From Candidatus Asgardarchaeum abyssi (GTDB taxonomy: Archaea > Asgardarchaeota > Asgardarchaeia > Asgardarchaeales > Asgardarchaeaceae): 64,000 bases of DNA. The first letter of the stretch is position 1; every line of letters starts with the position of its first letter. Made by a program: the position numbers and the translations under genes. The notes beneath the pieces were generated by a model. That model worked only from the letters and a program-made list of their open reading frames with translations, had not been told where the DNA came from and ran no database searches. Below, one piece after another: positions 50,189 through 60,384 of the stretch. The stretch lies in contig JBECUL010000002.1 of NCBI GenBank assembly GCA_040225955.1, positions 1 through 64,000 on the forward strand, in the 5' to 3' direction.

Positions 50189-50685
50189 AATAATCCCTCA
50201 AAAAGAATATTTCATCTTATTTTCCTCTGAGAATCTATAATTAGCAATCCCATAGCGTCCAAGCGTGGTTGGTTTATTTCTGACTTTATGTTTCACGATC
50301 TCTAAAATAAAAAATGAAGCCAATGTTCCCATCATACCCATTGGACATGTCCATGGCTATCTACTTAATTTCCTTTTTACTACTTAAATTATTATATTAT
50401 TATAATGCTTTTTCTTTATCTACTTTATATATATCTTTATGGATAAAAACTTTACTGGGCATGTATAAAAGTGTCTGCATAAAGAACTGCGAGTAACGGC
50501 TATACTCACCTACATTTGGAAGAAAATCTAAAAACTAAAAATAGACGTAAATATTTAAGGTGGCCATTCTATTCTTCTTATGAAAACATCTTTGCCTTCA
50601 GTGTATTTTTCGAGGTATCCTTGGTTGGTAATACGATCTAATGAATTTAATTATGATTTATATGTAATTTTTCAATAGCTATGTA

Positions 50686-53568
50686 TTAAGTTGTAATCTT
50701 TAATTCCTCTAGAAACTTTTCTGGAATCCATTCAATTCTCAGTGCTTCTGACAAATTAATTTTCATTGAGCTGATACTCACAATAAGACCAAATATGCTG
50801 CTGAGTATAAGGAAGAAGACGGAGTAAAGGATACCATTAAAGAATGTTTCATTGCTAGCGAGTACAGAAGATATAAATGTCAGATCAATGCCTAATATTG
50901 GAGAAACTATAAATGTTAAAACATAGCTGAAGATAAATCCAAACAATACAGCGTAAAGTAAGGTTAAGAAAATCTCAACAAAGACAAGTTCAACTATTTT
51001 TCTTCTCTTTTCACCTATTGCTAAAAGTATGGCTATTTCTCTATTTCTTCTCTTCCCAATCACTATTAAAAGCTCCCAGAGGGCTACTGTTACTAGAACT
51101 ATTGATGCCATATATGATGCATTAAGCTCAATAACAGTACCCCTTATTACATCTTCTTCTGTTTCATGTTTTATTTCATCAATTGTAAATCTACTAAACG
51201 ACAGATCGATTTCAGAGTACTTATACTTTAATAGTGCAAGTCTATTTTTGATCTCTAAGCTTGCTCTTGTTTTATTTGAACTTTCTTTTAATCTTATGAG
51301 TAGGGTAACACCAACATAATCTTGCAGTTTTAGTACTGTTAATATATCCGTTATTATATAGTCCAAGACTGGATAATAAAAGAAATACTCCCAATCTGAG
51401 ACATCAACATGAATATTTATTCTTAAAATTGGTAGTACATGAGCCACAAATATAAACCAGGGAGAAAGGGGCTCATCTATAGTTCCAATAATTTTAATAG
51501 GTACAACCTCTTTTGTTTCATTACTTAATAATTTCAGTACATCGCCCTCTTCGAAATTATAAATCTCTTTCAAATATTCTGATGCTATTCCGTTACCAGT
51601 TCCATTTCTAATATTGCTAAATAGCTTAGCGTACTCTTTCTCTTTCATTAATTGTCCATCCTTAGAATATACAGTCTCCAGAAAACTTTCTGGGATTATG
51701 CCTAGAATGGGATAAGACCATATAGTTTTACCATCAAACTCTAAATCGTATAGCGAGGTAATAATAGTATATGCCTCTATATCTGATATGTTTTCAATAA
51801 TATCCTGTACGATTTCATTTATTCTTGTTAGATTATTTGATGATGGAAATGAAATGTTGATATCACTGCCAGTTAGCCAATATTCCTTTGCGTAATAAGA
51901 GGAAATATAGCTATTAAATAACGTATTTGAGGAGATACTTACCATGACTATTATTGTAAACACACCTGCTATTACTTTTGTCATAGTAGATTTATGAAAA
52001 ACGTTTCTAAGACCTATGGTTAAAGACCTTAGTGAGTTATATTTTCTGAATCTTCTTGTTAAGTGCAATAGAAGCGGCTCTAGGTATCTATAAACAATTC
52101 TAGTAGTGCCAACAACAAGAGTAAAAGGAGAAATCAAAAACATCATACCAAATACTGTTAGTATTATTAATGTGGACAATAATCCAAATCGGTGAATGTT
52201 ATCCACGTCAAGGATCATCTGAACAATTAAGGGGAATCGAAAATAAATAGCTATTATTGCGAGCGTGTAAAGAATCAGAAGAGCATCCAAATACGTTCCT
52301 TGTAGAACAGTAAAGACCCTTTTTGTGATGCCCTTTTTCTTCTCTATTGTCTTTGATATGAGAGTATTGAATGTTTTTATAAGCAAATAGATAAACACGC
52401 TAATGGTTATTGTCAATAGATAAATTCCAAGCAAATAGACATAACTCATAAACGACCTAAGAACTACAGGATATTTATAAAATCCTTGTGGGTCATAAGC
52501 CATTAGAAATAATCGACTAGCACCAATCCCGGCAAGAATCCCAAATAGTATTCCTAAAGCGATTTGCACCGATAAATAGTTCAGAAATATGTATTTTTTA
52601 GCTCTTTTCGAAAACCCTCGAGCGGTGATGACGTTTAATTCTCGTTCCCATTTGAGATAAAATGTCTCGATGAAGAAATACTGAATAGTGTAAAAGGCAA
52701 TGAAGAGAGGTATACAGGCAAGAATAAGTCTTTGCTTGAAAAGGTTCTTCCACGCCAAAAGTTCTTCTACATGATAAAGTAGCGGAAAGTCAATAAAAAC
52801 ACGAACATGATATTTAGGATACGAAAGCTCATCGGGTAGGTTTGAAAGATGATTTGCTAGTGAGGATAGCTCATCTTTTGTTAGCTCAGGATTCTCTTTG
52901 TTAACAATTAGAGAATTATCTATGTCAGCTACAAAATTGTAAGAGTAACCAGAAGTTGCGGCAATCATATGAGCTAAGTTTACTATTGTATCAAGAGGCG
53001 CAATCGCTACAATGTTGCTTAAACTACTTGTAAAATTGATCAAGAAAAATCCTGAAATTGTTATATTTTTTATAGATCCATAATACGTCTTAACGATTGC
53101 AAATTTATCTCCAATTTTTAGGTTATGGAGCTTTGCCAGATCGGACCGTATACATATCTTATTTTCTTGAAGTGTACCGTTAGTAAGCTTAATTTTAAGA
53201 GATTCTAATGTACTTTCATTCTCGATACCAACGATTTCCCCATCAAATGTCATATGTATGTTATTTTCACTTGCAGGTAATTTATAGTGTATGCCTAAGC
53301 TTTTAAATTCGAAAAAGTGAGAAATGTAAAACTTTGCTGATATAGTATCTCGAACTGCAATAACTAATTTACGTTCTTGTTGAGCAATTCGGTAGTCTGA
53401 AAAAGTTACTTTAATGAATAAGTCGTTTTCTTCTTCTGGTATTGTACTTTCAGCTTTTATATAGCCAATTGAATCAACTGCCAATAAGGACCCGAAAATA
53501 ACCATAGTTATTATAATGTATGAAAATAATTGAGGACTAAATCTCAATGGGTTAAGAAGGCCCCTCAA
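50686..53568 (-). CDS. FtsX/MacB-like ABC permease (tandem FtsX domains)
   Basis: RELNVITARGFS and RNREIAILLAIGE coupling motifs, two large extracellular loops, multiple TM helices. Confidence 0.8.
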   Translation of the reverse strand: MRGLLNPLRFSPQLFSYIIITMVIFGSLLAVDSIGYIKAESTIPEEENDLFIKVTFSDYRIAQQERKLVIAVRDTISAKFYISHFFEFKSLGIHYKLPASENNIHMTFDGEIVGIENESTLESLKIKLTNGTLQENKICIRSDLAKLHNLKIGDKFAIVKTYYGSIKNITISGFFLINFTSSLSNIVAIAPLDTIVNLAHMIAATSGYSYNFVADIDNSLIVNKENPELTKDELSSLANHLSNLPDELSYPKYHVRVFIDFPLLYHVEELLAWKNLFKQRLILACIPLFIAFYTIQYFFIETFYLKWERELNVITARGFSKRAKKYIFLNYLSVQIALGILFGILAGIGASRLFLMAYDPQGFYKYPVVLRSFMSYVYLLGIYLLTITISVFIYLLIKTFNTLISKTIEKKKGITKRVFTVLQGTYLDALLILYTLAIIAIYFRFPLIVQMILDVDNIHRFGLLSTLIILTVFGMMFLISPFTLVVGTTRIVYRYLEPLLLHLTRRFRKYNSLRSLTIGLRNVFHKSTMTKVIAGVFTIIVMVSISSNTLFNSYISSYYAKEYWLTGSDINISFPSSNNLTRINEIVQDIIENISDIEAYTIITSLYDLEFDGKTIWSYPILGIIPESFLETVYSKDGQLMKEKEYAKLFSNIRNGTGNGIASEYLKEIYNFEEGDVLKLLSNETKEVVPIKIIGTIDEPLSPWFIFVAHVLPILRINIHVDVSDWEYFFYYPVLDYIITDILTVLKLQDYVGVTLLIRLKESSNKTRASLEIKNRLALLKYKYSEIDLSFSRFTIDEIKHETEEDVIRGTVIELNASYMASIVLVTVALWELLIVIGKRRNREIAILLAIGEKRRKIVELVFVEIFLTLLYAVLFGFIFSYVLTFIVSPILGIDLTFISSVLASNETFFNGILYSVFFLILSSIFGLIVSISSMKINLSEALRIEWIPEKFLEELKITT

Positions 53569-53787
53569 GTTTCTCCCTCAATACTTTTCTGAAAAAATAA
53601 TATCCAACTTTAAGCATATTCAACACTAGATATATTATTTATGATAAATAAAAACATTATTAGATTAAATAATAATGCAATGATTGGTGATTGCTCGTTT
53701 TCTATTTACTCCTAACTGAATATTTATTAGTTGATTCCTTGAAATTCTATGTTATAGATAGGCAAGACTGGCTTTTGGTGATACCTA

Positions 53788-54660
53788 ATGTTGGTAGGCT
53801 TTATCGGACTTGGTATGATGGGTTTAAGGATGGCCAAGAGGCTATTAAATAAAGGTATACAGTTAGTTGTTTGGAATAGAAGTAAGGAGAAAATAGAACA
53901 ATTAAGAAAATTTAATATTGAGGTAGCCAGTGCACCTAAAGAGCTTGCCAGAAAAACGAAAGTTATTCTGTTAATGCTATCTGATGAGAATGCTTGTGAT
54001 GAGGTTATATTTGGAGAGAATGGAATTCTTGATGGTCTATCGGAAGGCAAAGATCTTACAATAGTGAACTTCTCGACAATATCTCCAGCTTACAGTATAA
54101 ACTTAGAGAGATCACTAAAGAGTGCAGGTGTAAAATATGTGGAGGTTCCAGTATTAGGTAGTTTAAAAGAGGCAGAAGAAGGTCGTTTATTAGCTCTGAT
54201 TGGTGGTGATAAAGAAACTGTAGATGAACTGAGCTCTATTCTTGATATTCTTGCTGGAAAGCGTATCTATGTAGGTAGTGTTGGTAAGGCATCCGCACTA
54301 AAGCTGACTGTTAACTCGTTGTCGTTGACAATTGTTTCTTTGTTCTGTGAGGTTCTAACTCTTGCAAGAAGTTGGGGCGTGGACGTAAACACAGTGTATG
54401 ATGTTCTCAAAGAGACATGGCTTAAAGCGGTTGTGGAAAAATATGGTAGCCGGGTTCTCTCAGATGATATACCTCCAAGGTTTAAAGTTGAGTTGGCTAA
54501 GAAAGATCTTTTTTATGCTCTTAAAAGTGGCTACGAGAAGAATGTCCCTCTCTTGATAATATCATCCGCAGTACAAGTATATACAAACGCAACCAAATGC
54601 AAAGACCCTTCGAAGGACTACACAAGAAACGTGTTTAAATATTACAGCCGTTTCCTATAA
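53788..54660 (+). CDS. NAD(P)-dependent beta-hydroxyacid dehydrogenase (HIBADH family)
   Basis: GFIGLGMMG, WNRS, STISP, PVLGS, LKLTVN, KDL. Confidence 0.92.
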   Translation: MLVGFIGLGMMGLRMAKRLLNKGIQLVVWNRSKEKIEQLRKFNIEVASAPKELARKTKVILLMLSDENACDEVIFGENGILDGLSEGKDLTIVNFSTISPAYSINLERSLKSAGVKYVEVPVLGSLKEAEEGRLLALIGGDKETVDELSSILDILAGKRIYVGSVGKASALKLTVNSLSLTIVSLFCEVLTLARSWGVDVNTVYDVLKETWLKAVVEKYGSRVLSDDIPPRFKVELAKKDLFYALKSGYEKNVPLLIISSAVQVYTNATKCKDPSKDYTRNVFKYYSRFL

Positions 54661-54892
54661 CCTTTTCAGTTCAAAAATATCATTTTTGTCTATAACAATA
54701 CTATACATTTAAACTCTTTCGATTTTTTATACCTAAAAAGTAAATTTTATATTGCTGATAAGTTAACTTTTTTGACATTGAAGTTTCCTTATCACTCACA
54801 GAGTCCGTTCAAGATTAAAAATTAATAAGTATGAAGATAGATTAAATACTATTACGCTCTTGGTAATAGACGGGAATATAGGAGGATCTGTA

Positions 54893-55447
54893 TTGAGCAT
54901 CCTTCTAACCGAAAATAAGTTAAAGCTACTATACTTGATATATCTCTATACGATGAACAAGGATCCCGAAAAAGGTGAAACTTGGATCAAAGAGAATGCT
55001 TTACTTTCACTAGCACACTATTTAATCGAGAAAAACGTTTTGGACTATGACTATGCACCCCAGCTTGTGTTATGGGGAGATAAAACGAGAATTGCCAATA
55101 TGTCTACACAGCTAATTCAAGAACTTAATGAATTAAGACTAACACATGTAGCCCAGATGAGAGTTGCAACAACAGATTATAGATACCTAAAGGCATATCG
55201 AATAACAAATTCCGGTGTTGAGGCTTTGAGCAAAATTCCAGATGAAGTGAAGAATGCAGTTAGGCAAGCACTTAGCTGCCCTAACTGCAATTCCTTACTC
55301 GAGATAAAGTTTAATGAGGAAAATTTAGAGCCCTTTCTATTTTGTAAAAATTGTAATTTGAAAATAAAAATAGGTTTGCTGGATATAGGTGATTACTCCT
55401 ATGAGGTAAAATCATTCAAGTTGAGGGATTTCCTAGATGACATCTAA
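54893..55447 (+). CDS. uncharacterised winged-helix-like protein with C-terminal Zn ribbon (DYDYAP motif)
   Basis: GGAGG precedes TTG 54893. LTENKLKLLYLI, DYDYAP, wing-like YRITNSG, CPNC...CKNC. Confidence 0.75.
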   Translation: MSILLTENKLKLLYLIYLYTMNKDPEKGETWIKENALLSLAHYLIEKNVLDYDYAPQLVLWGDKTRIANMSTQLIQELNELRLTHVAQMRVATTDYRYLKAYRITNSGVEALSKIPDEVKNAVRQALSCPNCNSLLEIKFNEENLEPFLFCKNCNLKIKIGLLDIGDYSYEVKSFKLRDFLDDI

Positions 55448-56876
55448 CGGAGAGGATAATAGTATAAAAATTGAGCAAGAGCCTAAGGAATTTCTGTTCT
55501 TCAAGGAACCAAAAATAATAATTTCAGAATGGTATCCTTTTGGCCCTATACAATTTGAAAGCTTCGCTAATCTTGTAATGCGTCAAGATATTCAGAGAAA
55601 GGTATTCCTATCTCTAAGAGTAAAAGATCACCCGCAAGAAGCTTATTTCAAGACAACCAAAAAACTAGCTCAATTATTAGTTGGTCCACCTTCAAGTAAA
55701 AGCTGGAATGTTATCGAATTTGAAACTATTATGGAAATCGGTTCTAAAACACAAGTTGAGAGGATTAATGCATTAGTGATGGATTACGGATCAGTACTAT
55801 ACAGTATTGAGCTAGTGAAGATTGGTGAGGAACATACTTTCTTTGGCTCTGATAGGGTTGCCAGAGTAATTGCTAATTTATTTGACGATATATCCTCTTT
55901 AATGACCTCATTACTGAGCAGCTACCAATTAAGAGCAATAAAAATAATATATCCGCAATATGAGAAAGAGGGCTTTGAGAAATCTAAAATTTTCTTGATT
56001 GCAACCAAAGAAACTAAAGCAAAGGTCAAGGACACACAAAAATTTGAAGAAGTAAACATAGAATATATGCAACTTCTTGGTAGTAGACTAAAAATAATAG
56101 AGCTCAACGATTTAAAGATAGTAGAGGGAGAATTAGGCATAGTAGCTGAAGGAGAATACGAGAAATACCTTTCAGGACTTATATACTATTTGCAAGTTTT
56201 AGCAATAAAGCGATTTTTGAATGATTTATATTCCCGAATATGGATAATGTGGGATAACGTCATTTATATTCGAGAGGGGATATTTAAGGAAGAGGAAGAA
56301 ATACTGACCCTTCTAGAAGAGCTATCAAAATTGCATAGTGACTTAAACATCTTAAGGAATATCGGTCTGCTGTTTACGCATGCTGTTTGTAGGCTTAAAG
56401 AAAAATACGATATTATCATAAGAAAAAGGAATGTATACACTGAAAGTATCATTAATAAACTTAGAGTGATAGACCTAATAGAAAGCTTGGAGAACCAAGT
56501 TAAAGAACTATCGAATTTCATTGCATCGCTTATCGACGAAATAAGGAGCCTACAAATTGTTGCATCATCGTTCTTAGAAGAAGAGCATTATCAGCTGAGA
56601 AAGATCATGACTGAAAATATCAAAAAGCAAGCAAGCATGCAAGCAGCTCTAGAAGTTATAGAAATAGTCATTATAGGCGTATATGGTTTAGAGGTAGGTC
56701 ATCTCTTGGCAAATTACCTTATTTATGGGCCAGAAGCCATTCAATCAGAACATTTTCTTATGGTAATCGGTACTGGAATAATCTTCTTACTCCTAGGTAT
56801 ACTCATTATTCACACTATTAGAGAACGGTATCTTGAAAAAGCAGAGATTATCAAGGAAAAAAATAAGAAGACATAG
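55437..56876 (+). CDS. uncharacterised CorA-like-architecture membrane protein (alpha/beta domain, long helices, 2 C-terminal TM)
   Basis: Overlaps the previous gene; coiled-coil region, then two hydrophobic helices; no GMN motif. Confidence 0.7.
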   Translation: MTSNGEDNSIKIEQEPKEFLFFKEPKIIISEWYPFGPIQFESFANLVMRQDIQRKVFLSLRVKDHPQEAYFKTTKKLAQLLVGPPSSKSWNVIEFETIMEIGSKTQVERINALVMDYGSVLYSIELVKIGEEHTFFGSDRVARVIANLFDDISSLMTSLLSSYQLRAIKIIYPQYEKEGFEKSKIFLIATKETKAKVKDTQKFEEVNIEYMQLLGSRLKIIELNDLKIVEGELGIVAEGEYEKYLSGLIYYLQVLAIKRFLNDLYSRIWIMWDNVIYIREGIFKEEEEILTLLEELSKLHSDLNILRNIGLLFTHAVCRLKEKYDIIIRKRNVYTESIINKLRVIDLIESLENQVKELSNFIASLIDEIRSLQIVASSFLEEEHYQLRKIMTENIKKQASMQAALEVIEIVIIGVYGLEVGHLLANYLIYGPEAIQSEHFLMVIGTGIIFLLLGILIIHTIRERYLEKAEIIKEKNKKT

Positions 56877-56972
56877 TGACTGCTAGTGATTGCATAAAAG
56901 GAAACCTAATAATAAATTTTTTATGAGGTATTAGAATAAACTATTATAATATACGGCTATAGGGGATCTGGC

Positions 56973-59486
56973 TTGATAATTCGTCAAGCAAAGGAAGAGG
57001 AACTCGAGGAAATATTAAATCTCTACTATGAATCGTCAAAAGAAATACTCGGAATTGATGACATACAAGAGATGATAGAGTATGATCGTAGAATGTATGG
57101 AGAACAATATAAATTCCTATCGCTTGAGAATTTAAAAAAATGGTTCCAAGGAAATTCTCATAAACTGCTTGTTGCGGAAGTAGATGGGCAGATTGCAGGT
57201 TTCATAATTTTTCATCATATTGAAAAAAGAAATATAGGTTATATTGAGGAAATTCATGTCAAGAAGGAACATAGAGGAAAAGGAGTAGGTAGCACACTTC
57301 TGCTTGAAGCAGAAAAAAGATTATATGATGCGAACATAAAATTCATCTTCTTAGAGGCTCAAGAGAAAAGTGTTCCCTTTTTCTTGTCTAAAGAATATAT
57401 TCCGCTATATCATGAGCGAACTCTCTATATGGGCATTCTTGATTATGTGGATATGGTTAAATTTCCAGATGTTAACTTATCATCGCTAATAGGCGCAGCC
57501 CTTGAGTACTTTAAATATTCTGAAGAAGCTTCAAGTGTATTAAAGAAAGTAATCCAGAAAATTGAAGAGAATAATCTTCAATCAATTTATGCCAGTATCG
57601 CGTATCTAATTACTTTTGCGGAGGAAGAAGACAATAGAACACAGTCTTACATTCCATTATACAAAAAAATAAAGAAAGAGACATGTAGAATACTTGGAAA
57701 AGAGTCCAAATATAAGAATCTCCTTGAAGCTATAGGACTTCGTATCTTGGCATATGGTGATATAGATTTAGGTAATTACAGGCGTGCAATTGATAAGCTT
57801 GAAAGAGCTAAGGTAAAACTAGAAGAAGTTTATAATATGATGAAAAAGGATATTGTTTGGAATACATATCCTTATTCGATTATTAGAGATTTTGTTCGAT
57901 GTTACCTCTACTACGTAGAGAGAATGAAGAGATTTTGTGAAGCCTATGTTCAATATGCAGAGACTGGAAATATCATTGAGGATGTAAATAGGGCCTCAGA
58001 TAAGATTTTATGTGAAGAGTTTTCAAATCAAGATACGGAGATAGATTTCTTTGAGAAAAGTATTGAATGGATTCTTAATTTTCTTAGAGTCAAGGCTCCT
58101 AGGATTCCGCCTAATAAAGTAAAATTGGATGGTACAGTATGGTTTCTTAATTTCTTCACAATTGAAAATTATGAGGAAAAATTCCCTGCGGCTCCTAAAA
58201 TTAATGATTTAAGGAAAATCTTTACTGAGATTCTGGGAAAGAGGGTTGTTTTTACGGAAAATTTGATAATCTCTGAGGACATTATTCCAGAGCTTCAGAA
58301 AAAACATTTAACAACACATGTTAGTTTGATGATTCCTAACCCAATACTCTATTGCAGAGTTATGGATAAGAGATTTTATGAAATTGCCGCATCATCTGCA
58401 ATTGAAATTGTAATTTTCGGTAACGGCACTGGTATAGTTCGTTTTTCACTTAATTTTGAAGATTTAACACCTCTCGAACTCTATCATTTGACTTTTATCA
58501 CAAATTCCTCAATTTTGGAATATGACGTAAAACTTGGAGACTTTTATGTCTCATTGAAGGATTTTGAAGAAGCAGAAAATTGGAACTCATTATGGTACGC
58601 CATAAAATCGATCCTTGACAAGTTTTCAGAGAAGATAGGAACTGGTAAGGTTCTTATGGAAAGTGAACCAATCAGCTATGTAGTTGTTAACATTCAAGAC
58701 TCAAACGTGCATGATATTAGTGTGTTAAAAGACTTTCCTGAATTATTTTCAATTGTTGATAGGGTTCAGACCGTTATGTCTGGACCATCAATTTATTTCA
58801 GAAGATACTTAACAAATAAAGATGCATTTTCTAAGAATCTTGCCCCCCTCATAGGATTCGACGATGCAGAGATATATGCATCCAAAACGGGTTTACTACT
58901 ACAAACTACTACTATGCCACAGTGGATTGTCGATGAAATAATGGAGATTTCAACTCTTTTGACCTACCAGAGATTTTATCTTTACATAATTAGACTCATG
59001 TTAGATAAGTTTTTAACCTTCAGCCGTGAAGGCACTTCAATACGGCTTTCTGCAGAAAATGTAAATAAACTCCGAACGGAGGTTATTACTAAGCTATGGA
59101 TTTTATCCAGCCCATTACCACTAAGATACAGCGAATACTTAAAGTTCATAGAAACACTAAAAGAAAGCATGGGCATTAATAATTTCGAGGCTATGATAAA
59201 GGAGCAACTTAGTGCATTGTCCAGAGTCATTGAAATCGAGCAGATTAGTGCGTTACATGACCTTCAATATCGATCTGAAGAAGAAAGAAAGATTCTTGAT
59301 TATATCGCAACCATAGTTGGTATACTCGGTGTTGGGGAAATATTATGGAGAATAATAAGCGTTATCTTTCCAGAATTCCCTGAATATACAATTGTAATAA
59401 TTTATGCGATCCTGAGTATAATAGGATTAGTTATACTTAGAAGGAGCTCGGAAGTTTCAAAAGAAAGTGAAAGTACATCATTATAA
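56973..59486 (+). CDS. GNAT acetyltransferase - helical repeat - CorA-like 2-TM fusion protein
   Basis: N-terminal MIIRQAKEEE...IHVKKEHRGKGVGSTLL (acetyl-CoA motif A); TPR-like GNYRRAIDKLERA; beta-rich IVIFGNGTGIVRF; two C-terminal TM helices. Confidence 0.75.
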   Translation: MIIRQAKEEELEEILNLYYESSKEILGIDDIQEMIEYDRRMYGEQYKFLSLENLKKWFQGNSHKLLVAEVDGQIAGFIIFHHIEKRNIGYIEEIHVKKEHRGKGVGSTLLLEAEKRLYDANIKFIFLEAQEKSVPFFLSKEYIPLYHERTLYMGILDYVDMVKFPDVNLSSLIGAALEYFKYSEEASSVLKKVIQKIEENNLQSIYASIAYLITFAEEEDNRTQSYIPLYKKIKKETCRILGKESKYKNLLEAIGLRILAYGDIDLGNYRRAIDKLERAKVKLEEVYNMMKKDIVWNTYPYSIIRDFVRCYLYYVERMKRFCEAYVQYAETGNIIEDVNRASDKILCEEFSNQDTEIDFFEKSIEWILNFLRVKAPRIPPNKVKLDGTVWFLNFFTIENYEEKFPAAPKINDLRKIFTEILGKRVVFTENLIISEDIIPELQKKHLTTHVSLMIPNPILYCRVMDKRFYEIAASSAIEIVIFGNGTGIVRFSLNFEDLTPLELYHLTFITNSSILEYDVKLGDFYVSLKDFEEAENWNSLWYAIKSILDKFSEKIGTGKVLMESEPISYVVVNIQDSNVHDISVLKDFPELFSIVDRVQTVMSGPSIYFRRYLTNKDAFSKNLAPLIGFDDAEIYASKTGLLLQTTTMPQWIVDEIMEISTLLTYQRFYLYIIRLMLDKFLTFSREGTSIRLSAENVNKLRTEVITKLWILSSPLPLRYSEYLKFIETLKESMGINNFEAMIKEQLSALSRVIEIEQISALHDLQYRSEEERKILDYIATIVGILGVGEILWRIISVIFPEFPEYTIVIIYAILSIIGLVILRRSSEVSKESESTSL

Positions 59487-59536
59487 CTATAGAAAAAACT
59501 AAGTAGAGAGGCTCTAAATATGGCTAGGGAGTTAAA

Positions 59537-60226
59537 ATGAATAGAAGAATTCCTGTTTGTTGCTTCATTTTTGACCTTGATGGCACGCTTGTATATTATA
59601 AGGATGGTGTTCTTGAGTTTCTTGATAAAATAGTCATACATACTTTGCAAGACCTTAATTTGCCATTGCCTGACAAGAAAGAGCGTCTGAAATTATGGGA
59701 TGGAAAAATATCCTCTAATGACGTACTTCGGTCATGGAAAATATCAAACTTATATGAGTTTTGGAGAACCTTTGACAGCTATCAGCTTCCTGCAGTTGAA
59801 GACGGAATTAAGAATGGTGAGATTTTGCTCTACGATGATGTACTTCCCACACTCCGAAAACTAAAAGAAGAAGGATTTGTAATTGCTGTTGTTACAAATA
59901 CACCCTCAGATATTACAGAGATAAAACTAAAAGGTCTAGGTATTCGCGATTTTTTCTCATGCGTTATTGCACTCGGAACAGAATTGCAAGAGCTGGCAAA
60001 GCCGAATCCATATGGAATCCTTAAGTGTATTAAAAAACTGGGATTTTCTCCAAAGGAGGTTGCTTATGTAGGCGATTCTCAGTTTGACATATTAGCAGCC
60101 AAAAATGCTGGTTGTTATTCCGTACTAATTAACAGAGAAAGAAGAGTGCTTGAGGAAGAACCAGATTTTGAAATTGTGGATCTTAATGATCTGCTCAGCA
60201 CTTTTAAGAAATGTGAAAGATATTAA
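59537..60226 (+). CDS. HAD-superfamily hydrolase (phosphoglycolate phosphatase-like)
   Basis: FDLDGTL, VTN, KPNP, VGDSQFDI. Confidence 0.92.
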   Translation: MNRRIPVCCFIFDLDGTLVYYKDGVLEFLDKIVIHTLQDLNLPLPDKKERLKLWDGKISSNDVLRSWKISNLYEFWRTFDSYQLPAVEDGIKNGEILLYDDVLPTLRKLKEEGFVIAVVTNTPSDITEIKLKGLGIRDFFSCVIALGTELQELAKPNPYGILKCIKKLGFSPKEVAYVGDSQFDILAAKNAGCYSVLINRERRVLEEEPDFEIVDLNDLLSTFKKCERY

Positions 60227-60384
60227 TGTTGTTTTATTTAATTATGCCTGCTATGACTTCTGTAATGGCTTTATATATTAAATGCTCCAGCTTATGCTGA
60301 GATATACACCTTAAAGTTATTTTTTGATACTTTGAAAATTAACTATAAACCAATGCTCTGTTTATTTGAACTTAATACAATGAT

